From positions 20,365 to 84,364 of the forward strand of contig JBGOWI010000005.1 of the NCBI GenBank assembly GCA_041478555.1: a stretch of DNA of 64,000 nucleotides, in the 5' to 3' direction. Every line of letters starts with the position of its first letter. The first letter of the stretch is position 1. A program made the translations under genes and the position numbers. Below the pieces are notes generated by a model. The model was given only the letters and a program-made list of their open reading frames with translations. It was not told the origin of the DNA and ran no database searches. The stretch comes from Phycisphaerae bacterium. GTDB lineage: Bacteria; Planctomycetota; Phycisphaerae; Sedimentisphaerales; UBA12454. Below, piece after piece: positions 8,736 through 18,521 of the stretch.

Positions 8736-10223
8736 TTAAAAGCCTTTTGTGTAAAGATAAACGGCCAGCAGCACAAATAACGAATATGCAGACAACATAA
8801 TTATGTTCTTCCATTGTTTTTGTTCTGCTATAAGGCTTTCTATTCCTGCGCCCATGATGATAAAAGCTATAGGCGCAAGCGAGTCTCTGTATCTATAAAT
8901 CGTCGGCTGCAGTCCTCCGAGCAGTAGAGTTGGAATGATTATCACGGTGATATATGCCAGCAGGAAGGCTAAAAACTCTGTGCGTCTGTCGATTATTATA
9001 ACGGTTCCGATTATCAGAAACGGCAGGCCGAGCCACCATTGCCAAATATCAGCCTGCAGAACAATGTCGTGAAGACCATTTTCAGGCGCAAAGATATTAT
9101 AAAGCTTTCTTGGCGGCGGATTTAGTATGGCAAGCGGTATATTAAGCAATCTAAGCGGTCCCTGTGATTTGTATATTTTGTCCAACACCTCACGCTTGCT
9201 CAGACACTCCTCTTGTATCATGGTTGTGTATCTGTCCAACATATTTTCGGCTTTACCTGTCAGTTGATTAAACTGATAAAAAAAGATTATGGTGCCGAGT
9301 GATATCATTGACAGAACAGCGACAGTTTTTCCGGCGGGATTACTTTTATACCTGAAACAAATAGCAATGGGAACTGTGGCAATAAACATCAGTCCGTACT
9401 CGAGCCGAATCCACATAAGCAGAATAATTGCTACTATGATTGATAGTATTGCCGAAAGAGGTTTTTTGTTGCGAATTATTATTGCAATGCCGAAAACCAT
9501 CATACTTGCCGCAAAGATTATCCATATTTCCTTAAGGAATCGGACCGAATAAAAGGCCGTCTGCGGAGCTATAACGGAGAGTAGTGAAACAATTGTTGAA
9601 GTCTTTCTGCTGAAAAGCTCCTCGGCAGCCAGTGTTACAATCGCGGCGGAAAACGCGCCCAAAAATGCTCCGACAATTCTGCACCAGATAAATTCGTCCC
9701 CAAAAAACCTGAATATTCTTGACATCAGAAAACTTGTCCTGTGTGCATTTTTCGTAAACTCAGGCAAGTTTATAAATTCAGGAATTGTTATATTTTTATA
9801 AACCTGCGCATGATAGGCATAGAAAAATTCGTCCGCCTGAAGTAAAGCCGAATCATAGTGCCTTATCCATTGATAAGTCCTGATCCGGTCATCATTGCAC
9901 ATATATATATCTGGTGATGCGGTCTCCATAACGAAAACAAGGCATATTCTCAAAAGCAGGGCAGCTGCGAAGGTAAAAGCTGCCATTTGCGAGCCTTTTA
10001 ATCGCAAGAGAAGAAACCCTGCGACCGCTGCTGCACAGAATATAGTAATATTAAGAACCACATTGGTGGCATCGTTAAGTTTGGCTACAAACAAAGGCAG
10101 AATTGCAAGTAAAGCCATCGCGGCCAGTATTACAAAAATCTGATATTCAGCCGTATCGCCCCAAAAAGTCGCTATCGCCTTAAAAAATCTGCTTATGATA
10201 TTGTCATTATGGTTCTTTGGCAT
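8736..10223 (-). CDS. Polytopic membrane protein, putative Wzy-like polymerase or GT-C glycosyltransferase
   Basis: About 12 hydrophobic segments, LKE and YRYR motifs, position in polysaccharide cluster. Confidence 0.6.
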   Translation of the reverse strand: MPKNHNDNIISRFFKAIATFWGDTAEYQIFVILAAMALLAILPLFVAKLNDATNVVLNITIFCAAAVAGFLLLRLKGSQMAAFTFAAALLLRICLVFVMETASPDIYMCNDDRIRTYQWIRHYDSALLQADEFFYAYHAQVYKNITIPEFINLPEFTKNAHRTSFLMSRIFRFFGDEFIWCRIVGAFLGAFSAAIVTLAAEELFSRKTSTIVSLLSVIAPQTAFYSVRFLKEIWIIFAASMMVFGIAIIIRNKKPLSAILSIIVAIILLMWIRLEYGLMFIATVPIAICFRYKSNPAGKTVAVLSMISLGTIIFFYQFNQLTGKAENMLDRYTTMIQEECLSKREVLDKIYKSQGPLRLLNIPLAILNPPPRKLYNIFAPENGLHDIVLQADIWQWWLGLPFLIIGTVIIIDRRTEFLAFLLAYITVIIIPTLLLGGLQPTIYRYRDSLAPIAFIIMGAGIESLIAEQKQWKNIIMLSAYSLFVLLAVYLYTKGF

Positions 10224-10224
10224 A

Positions 10225-11301
10225 TTAATCTATTCTCATAATTTCTTTCAATGTTGTTACGACTATTCTGCCTGTTTCCTGAGGAGGCATCTTTGGAAGT
10301 CTAATCAATTTGACTGTGCGATTTCGGCAGGCCAAGTCAATTACCGCCCCCATTTGTGAAAAATATTCGGATAAATCGATAATACCCGTTCCGCCCATTG
10401 CGACAATCATTTCCTGACTGCATTTACCTATCTCGTACAGCCAATTGCCTATTAAACGCTGTCTGGCCTGGTCAACAGAGATATCTTCCAGAACCATCTT
10501 ATCGCCTGAATACCTTTCTATGAAAAGAATAGTATCTATTTTTGCCTTGTCGGAAAACTCAAAATCAGGCAAAGCCTCACGTGCCGGTACCTGCATGTAT
10601 TCAGGTGTTATTCTTTTTGCGATATTTTCAAGTCTGGGAAACATCATAATAGCCGGCCGGACAATGTTCCGCACTTTCTCAGATATATTGGAAAAACAGG
10701 AAGGAATTAAAACTTTGTGTCTCGATTTGAACAAATGCGGAAACAGCGAGCGATGATACGGATAGATAGAAAACGCCTTGGGGTCGGAATAAATCAAATC
10801 CGGCGAAATAAAACTGAAATCATCGCTAAGGAAACTTGAACCGCTAATCTCCTTTGAAATACAGATAATTGCACTTGTTTTTCCCGTGCCTCCCAAGGCA
10901 GGCAGCAGCACACCTCGGCCATTTATGGCAACTGACGCACTGTGAATCATGCAATGTTTTTTTCTTAAAAATAACATTTGCAAAACCGGATGGATAAAGA
11001 GCAGAAGGTCTCTTTGGCCGGCAAGTATCCAGGAATCGTTCTTTTTCAGCAAATGCGTTTTGTACTTTTTAAAATAAAGATGATTGTCGCCAAAATAATA
11101 CGAACCGCCGGCATCGCTATACTCAGAAATTTCAGGGGCATATTTCTGAACCGAGATATCGATTTCCTCTTCCTTCAGAAAGTCCGTCCTGAATGGACTA
11201 AAAAATAACTCAAAAGACCTTTCACTTATATGGTTTTTTTGCAGACGAATTCTGACTAAATCGTGAATATTATAATAGAGCCAGTGTTTTTCTGTTTCCA
11301 T
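10225..11301 (-). CDS. HPr-kinase-related P-loop protein
   Basis: IHSASVAINGRGVLL-GGTGKTS-FLSDD resembles the HprK-type Walker A plus DD signature. Confidence 0.6.
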   Translation of the reverse strand: METEKHWLYYNIHDLVRIRLQKNHISERSFELFFSPFRTDFLKEEEIDISVQKYAPEISEYSDAGGSYYFGDNHLYFKKYKTHLLKKNDSWILAGQRDLLLFIHPVLQMLFLRKKHCMIHSASVAINGRGVLLPALGGTGKTSAIICISKEISGSSFLSDDFSFISPDLIYSDPKAFSIYPYHRSLFPHLFKSRHKVLIPSCFSNISEKVRNIVRPAIMMFPRLENIAKRITPEYMQVPAREALPDFEFSDKAKIDTILFIERYSGDKMVLEDISVDQARQRLIGNWLYEIGKCSQEMIVAMGGTGIIDLSEYFSQMGAVIDLACRNRTVKLIRLPKMPPQETGRIVVTTLKEIMRID

Positions 11302-11332
11302 TCCTTATTCTTTCTCAAAAATAATCGTCATA

Positions 11333-12649
11333 TTATTTACTCTGGGAGATAACTGAAATATATTTGATAAAGAATAGCAACATAAGCAGCGAATAAACTG
11401 CGAAGTATATAACTTGTGCGATGGCTGCCCCGATGAGTCCGATGTTAGTAAGCAGCAGATATAGGGCCGGCAGAAAGACTGCAAATGAAATTATCTCAAC
11501 CAGCAGGATTTTCCCTGCTCTGCCTATTGCAAGCAGTCCGGCAGGCAGGCAAAACGCAAAGCCCCATATAACAAGGGCAAACATAAAAATAATCATAACA
11601 CCCCACGCCTGTCTATATTCAGCTCCTGCTGCGATGCCCAAAATCCATTTGCCGAAAAGTATCGAGCCAAGCCATACGAGCACGGATACGCCGCCGGTAA
11701 TGGCTGCCGTTCTTGTGATGGCGTGTTTCATATCTGAAAATCGTTTTTTGGCCGCCAGGCGAGCCAGTTCAGGATAGATTACTTGCGATATCGGCTCAAT
11801 TAGATGCACCAGAACCCAGGCAAATTGTCTTGCTATCTTATAAAGACCGGTCGCCGCTGCGCCCAAAAGCGCTCCTGTAATCAAGACATCAAATTCTCTT
11901 GAAGCCAATCTGACCGACTGGTTCAGGTTAGTGCTCAGTACGAATTTCCAGATATTTTTATCTTTCGCAACGGTGCTTAATTTTGCTTTCAGGAAATTAT
12001 CGCCTGTTTCCCTATAAACTTGTCGCCATCCCGCAAACAACAGAAACACAGATTCCGCGACACCGGCAATCACCCAGATAACTACGAATACCAGCAAATT
12101 GCCGGAGAATATATACGCGAACACCGCAAGAATTAGTTTTAAAAATGCAGCGGTTACCATTGTTGCAGAAATAAGCTTAAATTTGTTAAATAGCCGCAGT
12201 AGGCCGGTGGCAGTACTCCTTAAATTAAAAAGTATCCAGAAACTGAAAGCGATGGTCGCATAAATCGTATCCTGCTCCCAGCCTTTCCATCGGCCAAGTA
12301 TATAAATAATGGCTATTGCTGTAAAAGTCCCTATAGCAGCGGTTGCAGCATCAAGAATCGTGCAGAACTTGACAAGTGATTTGAAATCTTCTTTTTTGTC
12401 CTGTTTGAGAAAATCTGCTCCGAATTTTATAATTGCCTGCCAGCACTGGAAATTCATAAGCCTGTCGATGATAAGTATGTATGACTGAATAATCGCAAAG
12501 ACACCCAGTTTTTCAGTGCCTAACGCTCTGGCAGCAAGGGACAGACTGATTAGTCCCATCAGGCCGGCGACGCTCTGGCCGCTGAAAAGCACCGAAGCGT
12601 TTTTGAACATCCTTTTTAAAATAACGTTATTAAACACTGTTTTTAACAT
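11333..12649 (-). CDS. wzx: Polysaccharide flippase (Wzx family)
   Basis: FKNASVLF..ARALG..LGVF, ATGLYKIA, GLIGAAIA; about 12 TM segments. Confidence 0.85.
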   Translation of the reverse strand: MLKTVFNNVILKRMFKNASVLFSGQSVAGLMGLISLSLAARALGTEKLGVFAIIQSYILIIDRLMNFQCWQAIIKFGADFLKQDKKEDFKSLVKFCTILDAATAAIGTFTAIAIIYILGRWKGWEQDTIYATIAFSFWILFNLRSTATGLLRLFNKFKLISATMVTAAFLKLILAVFAYIFSGNLLVFVVIWVIAGVAESVFLLFAGWRQVYRETGDNFLKAKLSTVAKDKNIWKFVLSTNLNQSVRLASREFDVLITGALLGAAATGLYKIARQFAWVLVHLIEPISQVIYPELARLAAKKRFSDMKHAITRTAAITGGVSVLVWLGSILFGKWILGIAAGAEYRQAWGVMIIFMFALVIWGFAFCLPAGLLAIGRAGKILLVEIISFAVFLPALYLLLTNIGLIGAAIAQVIYFAVYSLLMLLFFIKYISVISQSK

Positions 12650-12661
12650 AATTAAGAGTTT

Positions 12662-13738
12662 TCAATGATATTTTCTTCGCAATGCCTGCGTAATCTGTCT
12701 GACGCTGACGGCGCCGACAACGTGAAAAATCAGGACAATCAGCACGAGGATTGAGACGAACATTATGATGCTTCTTACGCTTCTGGCCGCCATAAGGAAA
12801 ATACCTGCACCGGTTGCAAGCAGCGTAACTATATAAGCGAGAACTGCCACGTGCCTTTGTTTCAGGCCCAGTCTCAGAAGTCTGTGATGAAAATGTTCTG
12901 TGTCGGGCATATAGACCGGTTTTTTGGCGCCGAATCTGTTAAGCATGATGAACAGGGTGTCGAATATGGGTATTCCCATTGCCAGCAGCGGCAGTGCGAA
13001 GCCTACAAGTGCCTGTGATTTTGCAGTGCACATAACGGTAGCCGAAGCGATGGTAAACCCGAGGAACAGGCTGCCGCAGTCTCCCATGAATATTTTTGCG
13101 GGATTGAAATTAAAAAACAGAAATCCGCTGACGCTGCCTGCCAGTGCGAGCATCATTACACACAGCACGGACTGCTCGAAATAGATTGCCAGTGCTGCAA
13201 TTGTTCCGCACGCAATTGCACAGATACCGGCCGCAAGACCGTCCAGTCCGTCGATGAGGTTTACTGCGTTGGTAACGCCTACAATCCAGAGGATTGTGAA
13301 TGGCCATGAAAATATGCCGAAGTCCAGACTGAACAAATCCGGCACGTTTATCACCTTTATTCTTATTCCAAATGCACAGACCATAGCCGCTGCCGTTGTC
13401 TGCGTCAGCAGTTTTACCCATGTTTTGACGGGTCTTATATCGTCAATCAAACCTGTTATAAAAACCAGCGTTGCCCCGCCGAGCAGAACGAAGATTTTTA
13501 TTCCGAGCTGACGGAAACTTTCACCGATTTTGTTGGGCAGCAGATACACCGCAGCGACCAGACACATCATTGAAACAAATATGGCCAGCCCCCCGATTCT
13601 TGCTATCCTGCCGGAATGCACCTTTCTCGGTTCTGCACGGTCAAACAGTTCGTATCGCCTCGCCAGAGCGATTACCGCCGGCGTCAGCATAAGCGACATG
13701 ACAAGCGAACCAAGATATGTAAGGATATAAGTCTTCAT
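12662..13738 (-). CDS. wecA: WecA/TagO-like undecaprenyl-phosphate GlcNAc-1-phosphate transferase
   Basis: RKVH..GG, GLIDD, NAVNLIDGLDGLA, FNFNPAKIFMGDCGS, HFHHRL. Confidence 0.88.
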   Translation of the reverse strand: MKTYILTYLGSLVMSLMLTPAVIALARRYELFDRAEPRKVHSGRIARIGGLAIFVSMMCLVAAVYLLPNKIGESFRQLGIKIFVLLGGATLVFITGLIDDIRPVKTWVKLLTQTTAAAMVCAFGIRIKVINVPDLFSLDFGIFSWPFTILWIVGVTNAVNLIDGLDGLAAGICAIACGTIAALAIYFEQSVLCVMMLALAGSVSGFLFFNFNPAKIFMGDCGSLFLGFTIASATVMCTAKSQALVGFALPLLAMGIPIFDTLFIMLNRFGAKKPVYMPDTEHFHHRLLRLGLKQRHVAVLAYIVTLLATGAGIFLMAARSVRSIIMFVSILVLIVLIFHVVGAVSVRQITQALRRKYH

Positions 13739-16299
13739 TTCTTTTCTGTATCGTCAATATTCTGCTTCATTACTTCCGGCCTGACCGAAAGCTCGGCCAG
13801 AAGTTTTTCAGCCTGCCGGTATTTCGGTTTGAGCTTCAGGCATATTCTCAGTTGCCTGACAGCTTCGTTTGCCTGTCCGTTTTCAGCCAGAGCCTTTGCA
13901 AATTTCAGCCTCAAATCGGCATTTCCGTAATCGGCTGTAACTGCCGCACCGAAGTATTCTGCCGCCTTTTGGCTGTTGTTGTTTTTGCGGTAATAATCGC
14001 CCAGCAGGATTAATTCCTCGATGTCCGCGGTATTTTTTGATGCCTTCTGCTCTGCCAGTTCAATCAGTTTTGATTGTGCCCTTTCAGCTTCGCCCCGGAA
14101 CTCATCGTGCTGCGACAGCATACCTGCGACATATTTCAGTCTTTTTGTATCGTCGCCGGCGATTTCAACGGCAAGGTCTGCCCTCTTTTCCTGTTCGATA
14201 TAAATCCGAACAATATCCCTGAAAAAGGTTCCGCCCAGACCGATGGATTTGCTGAACTTTTCGAAGGAATGGCCGATTTCGCCTCCACTTATATCCAGAC
14301 ATCCTGCGGCAAAAAGTGTTAACTCGTCGTTAGGCTCAAGCAAAAATCCTTTTTTTATATTATCTTCGCCCGCAGGTTCGAACAGTATGAGTTTCTGTAA
14401 TTGTCCCAGCAGACAATACACCGGCCCGAATGTCGGACACATCGTTCGTGCTTTTTTAAGCTCATCGACCATGTCATATGCTTCCTGGACAGCCTCATTT
14501 GTCAGGCCGCCGGTTTCAGGGTCGGTTTTACGGGCTGTATTCCACCATTTCCAGACATTCAGCCAGTATCCGTATTCAATATTATCCGGTTGTATCTGTG
14601 CAGCTTTTGCTGCATAAAGAATCAGCTCTTTCCCCTGGCTTTCTTGCGAAAGCAAGAACAGGGGGTTGTCGCTGCCTGCTCTGTCGTTTGCTCTTAACTT
14701 GCTTTCTATTTTGTATGCCTTTTGCCACCATCTTTCGCCAATCCTTGCCTTATCCGCACCGATTAAAGCCCAGAGATATACACATACAAGAACAACGGAT
14801 AATATCAATAATACAGGTTTTCTGAGCCTGACGGCGGGTATGGTTTGTGAATTTACCCTGACCTGGCCGAGTGTTATTATCAATGCGCAGAAAATTGCGG
14901 TAAGCACGGCATTGGCCGGCAGATGCTGGCCGAAGTCGGTAACGCTGTGAATAAGAACCGCGATAACTCCGAAGCCCAGACCGTATGCCGCAACGCTGAT
15001 GGAAGTTTTTCTGTTTCGTATAGCCCTTATGAAATTTGCCGCAACAACAAAGGCGAAGATGAGCATTATTATAAAACCCGTCAGGCCTGTTTCTTCCAGA
15101 AGCTGGGCGTATTCATTTTCAGCATAACTGAACTGAAGGGCCGTGTATATGCTTTGAAACATCGGATAAATAACTGCATGACTTCCGAGTCCCGTGCCGA
15201 AAAGGATAAATCGTCTCACCGGCTCGGTCATATCTTTAAGCACTTCCAGTCTCGTCGGGTATCTGTCGAGCGAGCTGAGCGTTGCGAGTCTTTCGTAAAC
15301 CGTATCGAATCCTGTGTATAAAAGACAGACAAGTGCTGCCAGCGCAACGATAACGACTATCCAGCCGTGCTGTCTGAAGGACCTTCGAGCTGAAAGCAGC
15401 AGAACCGTGATGCTCATGGCTGTAAGCATCGAGAGCATGCCGCCCCTCGTAAGCGATGCAAACACCGCCGCTGCCGATATACTTATCATTGCCGCCAGAA
15501 GCCACGGTTCTCTCGCCCTCGACGAATCGAAATATTCAAATACTGCCGCAGCAGTAGTTTCTCCTTTATCGAACTCGCGGTGAAGTATCAGCAGTGCCAG
15601 CGCAACAGCAGCTCCGATGGACAGGTTCATAAACTGCCCGAAGTGACTGTGGTTGACAAAAGGTCCGCTGATTGCCTTTTGCGGCGATGAGACAAACCAG
15701 TAAATTTTTCCGTTTCCGGCAACATCCTGTGCAATCGCCAGCACAGCAACGCCTGCCGCGATAATCACAATTGCCTTTAGGAGTCTTTTGATTTGCTCGT
15801 CAGTTTTAAACACGTTCAGCACGACAAAGAAGACCGCCGCCACACAGAGAATAATTCTCATGTCGTTCTTCGTGCCGTGCGGATAAAAACTGAGTGTAAA
15901 ATTTTCGAACTTGTCTGCAGCCCTGGTGTTTTCTGAAAGAAGTTCGCTTTTGAGTTTTACCGTTTCAGCTGAGAGGATTGAAACGGTCTTTTGCGGCATT
16001 GGGATAATTGTAAATGCTGCCAGCAGGATAAATGCCGCCACAGGCACATAAGCCCACGTCGAGACAAAATCCCCGGCGGAAAGTATCTGCCTGAGGAGAA
16101 AAACAATGAGCATTGCGGCACAAATGACAACTACAACCTCCTGACTCCATTGATGAACTGCGCCGAAAGCGAGTGGCATGAAGGTCAGAAGCAGTATCAG
16201 CAGTGTCTCAATGACCTTGTCGCCAAGCCGCCTGTATTCATCCTGTAATCGTGAATTTCCGCAGCTTGCGAAATTATTTATTTTTTCTTCCGTAGCCAT
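13735..16299 (-). CDS. O-antigen ligase family (Wzy_C) membrane protein with C-terminal TPRs
   Basis: GPFVNHSHF, SLTRGG, GTGLGS, AENEYAQLLEETG, HSVTDFGQH; TPR helices. Confidence 0.85.
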   Translation of the reverse strand: MATEEKINNFASCGNSRLQDEYRRLGDKVIETLLILLLTFMPLAFGAVHQWSQEVVVVICAAMLIVFLLRQILSAGDFVSTWAYVPVAAFILLAAFTIIPMPQKTVSILSAETVKLKSELLSENTRAADKFENFTLSFYPHGTKNDMRIILCVAAVFFVVLNVFKTDEQIKRLLKAIVIIAAGVAVLAIAQDVAGNGKIYWFVSSPQKAISGPFVNHSHFGQFMNLSIGAAVALALLILHREFDKGETTAAAVFEYFDSSRAREPWLLAAMISISAAAVFASLTRGGMLSMLTAMSITVLLLSARRSFRQHGWIVVIVALAALVCLLYTGFDTVYERLATLSSLDRYPTRLEVLKDMTEPVRRFILFGTGLGSHAVIYPMFQSIYTALQFSYAENEYAQLLEETGLTGFIIMLIFAFVVAANFIRAIRNRKTSISVAAYGLGFGVIAVLIHSVTDFGQHLPANAVLTAIFCALIITLGQVRVNSQTIPAVRLRKPVLLILSVVLVCVYLWALIGADKARIGERWWQKAYKIESKLRANDRAGSDNPLFLLSQESQGKELILYAAKAAQIQPDNIEYGYWLNVWKWWNTARKTDPETGGLTNEAVQEAYDMVDELKKARTMCPTFGPVYCLLGQLQKLILFEPAGEDNIKKGFLLEPNDELTLFAAGCLDISGGEIGHSFEKFSKSIGLGGTFFRDIVRIYIEQEKRADLAVEIAGDDTKRLKYVAGMLSQHDEFRGEAERAQSKLIELAEQKASKNTADIEELILLGDYYRKNNNSQKAAEYFGAAVTADYGNADLRLKFAKALAENGQANEAVRQLRICLKLKPKYRQAEKLLAELSVRPEVMKQNIDDTEKK
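14632..14665. repeat. Palindromic repeat in frame inside the O-antigen ligase/TPR gene
   Basis: 21-bp core 14638-14658 is the reverse complement of 43366-43386; encodes PLFLLSQESQG. Confidence 0.85.
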
Positions 16300-18496
16300 A
16301 GCCGTAATAACCGTAATAAGAGTAGTAACCGTATCGGCTATGTCTCGGCGAAACGTCGTTAACGACCGCTCCGAGCACGTGTGCTCCTACGCTGGCCAGA
16401 GCATCTCTTGCCTGCTGCGAAGCCTTTCGTGTGGATTTGTCTGCACGAAGCACCAGGATTGTAACATCGCAGATAGCCGCCAGTATCTGGCTGTCTGCCA
16501 CCGGCGTAACGGGCGGCGAATCAATCACTATTCTGTCATAGCGGTGAGTCAATTCCTTTAGCAGATTTGCAAATGCTTCGCTGTTGAGCAGTTCGCTCGG
16601 ATTCGGCACATCCGGCCCGCTTGTCAGCATCGCCAGTCCTTCTGTCTGGCAGGCTTTTATCGCCTCGTCGAGGGAGACTTGTCCCACAAGTATGCTCGAC
16701 AGGCCTTTTTCAGTTTCATTTGTGAAACCGAATATGCTGTGCTGCATTGGTTTTCTGAAGTCTGCGTCAACGATAAGAGTTTTTTGACCTGCCTGAGCCA
16801 TTGTTATGGCAAGGTTGCTTACCATAGTGGTCTTGCCGTCGTCCGGTGCCGGTGAAGTAACCAGAATGGTTCTTGCCTGTCCTTTTGGTACGCCGAAGAA
16901 TATGGCGGTGCGTATGGTTCTGTATGCTTCGGCAACAGAGGATTTCGGTTCGAGCTGTGCTTTCTGTCCGTGGCTGACAACGGCCTTTTTCCCCTTTCCG
17001 CTCATGGACGGCACAATTCCGAGCACCGGCACACTGAGAGCCAATGATATTTCCTCTGCGCTTCGCAGTCTCCAATCCAGCCGTTCTTTCATTACGGCAA
17101 GTCCGGTTCCGCACAAAATCCCCAGTATGAGACTTATCCCCACGATTTTTGCCTTTTTCGGGCTTGTCGCAAATTCAGCGGGTCTTGCCGCTTCGAGTAT
17201 GCTGATGTTGAGAGCTCCGGTGTCTTCCGAGACGTTCAGTTCTTTTATTCTGTCGTCGAGTATCTCACAGAATCTCTTGCTCTGTTCGAGCTTGGATTCG
17301 ATGACGGTATATTCTGTTGCCTTGATATTTAGACTCTGGGCAGCCTCTTTTTCCTGTTCGTAGCTGGCCGCCAGCTCGTCTTCTCGCTGTTTTGCAGTCT
17401 GGTATTTAATCTTCAGGACTTCGAGATACGCTTTTGCATGGCTGTCTAACTGCTCGGCAAGTTGTTTTTTGATATCTGCAATTTTGCTTCTCAGTGCTTT
17501 AACGGTGGGATGGTCGTCGCTGCACTGCAGTACCGCGCTCTCAAGCTCGGTTTTCAGGTCCTTCAGCTCGCTGCGCTGCTGTTTTTCATCGTCTTTTTCG
17601 AAAAGTCCTTCCGCTGTATTCGGCTGAGCCATTGCATATTGTTTGATTTTCAGCGGGTCATCGGCGAGTTTCCCCACGGCTTCGAACTCGGCCTTTGCAT
17701 TGATGGTGTCAAGCTGAGCCTCTGTAAGAGAATCGCTGAGATTTTTAAGTCTTTCAAATACCGTGTTTCCGCCGCTTTTATCGAATGAAACAACGCCATA
17801 TTTCCGGGTAAAATCGAGAAGCTCTTCGAAGTTTACGGCAAGTTCCTTGTCTCGTTCTATTTTTTCCTTCTGCAGAATTTTCAGCACTTCCGAAACAGTG
17901 CCCTTCTTTTGGCTTGTCTGATAGTTTACATAAGCTTCGACAACCGCGTTGACAATCTGAGCCGCCTCCTCTCTGTAGTTCGATTCACAGCTTACCGCAA
18001 TGATATCGTCCTTGATGCCGATTTCTACATCGAGAATTTTTCTCAGATAAATGACAAGATTATCAATCTCGCCCATTTCGATTACCGGCTCTGCCAGACC
18101 GATTCGGTCTTTTATCTTTTCGAGGAAAGCTTCAGGTTTTTCCTTGAATGTTTCCAGCTTCTTTATGTTGTTTCTCCGCACAACTTCAGCGATTATGGGT
18201 GTGGACTTGATGAGTTCTCCCTGTGTATAGAGATAATTCTTTGACTGCGTCATGGCTCCTTCGTATTCGGTGATAATTTTAGGCCCCGTCTGTTCAACGT
18301 AGAGTCTTGCGGTGCTTGTATAGGTCACCGCAGCCTTTGAAATATAAAGAATCGCTGCGGCTATGAAAACAACCGTTACGATGAGTATGCTCCACTTTCT
18401 TCTTCGAAGCGTTATTGCAAAAGTCCTGCTTCTGTTCTGCATTGGCTGCTCGGCAGCAGATGTCTGATTTTCCGCGTTTATATTATTTTCTGTCAT
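16274..18496 (-). CDS. wzc: Polysaccharide co-polymerase / BY tyrosine autokinase (Wzc)
   Basis: Two TM segments around a coiled coil, EAYRTIRT, PDDGKT, DADFRKP, IDSPP, Tyr-rich tail. Confidence 0.93.
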   Translation of the reverse strand: MTENNINAENQTSAAEQPMQNRSRTFAITLRRRKWSILIVTVVFIAAAILYISKAAVTYTSTARLYVEQTGPKIITEYEGAMTQSKNYLYTQGELIKSTPIIAEVVRRNNIKKLETFKEKPEAFLEKIKDRIGLAEPVIEMGEIDNLVIYLRKILDVEIGIKDDIIAVSCESNYREEAAQIVNAVVEAYVNYQTSQKKGTVSEVLKILQKEKIERDKELAVNFEELLDFTRKYGVVSFDKSGGNTVFERLKNLSDSLTEAQLDTINAKAEFEAVGKLADDPLKIKQYAMAQPNTAEGLFEKDDEKQQRSELKDLKTELESAVLQCSDDHPTVKALRSKIADIKKQLAEQLDSHAKAYLEVLKIKYQTAKQREDELAASYEQEKEAAQSLNIKATEYTVIESKLEQSKRFCEILDDRIKELNVSEDTGALNISILEAARPAEFATSPKKAKIVGISLILGILCGTGLAVMKERLDWRLRSAEEISLALSVPVLGIVPSMSGKGKKAVVSHGQKAQLEPKSSVAEAYRTIRTAIFFGVPKGQARTILVTSPAPDDGKTTMVSNLAITMAQAGQKTLIVDADFRKPMQHSIFGFTNETEKGLSSILVGQVSLDEAIKACQTEGLAMLTSGPDVPNPSELLNSEAFANLLKELTHRYDRIVIDSPPVTPVADSQILAAICDVTILVLRADKSTRKASQQARDALASVGAHVLGAVVNDVSPRHSRYGYYSYYGYYGYGYGRKNK

Positions 18497-18521
18497 TTTT
18501 ACCCTCTCTCTTGCTTAATCA

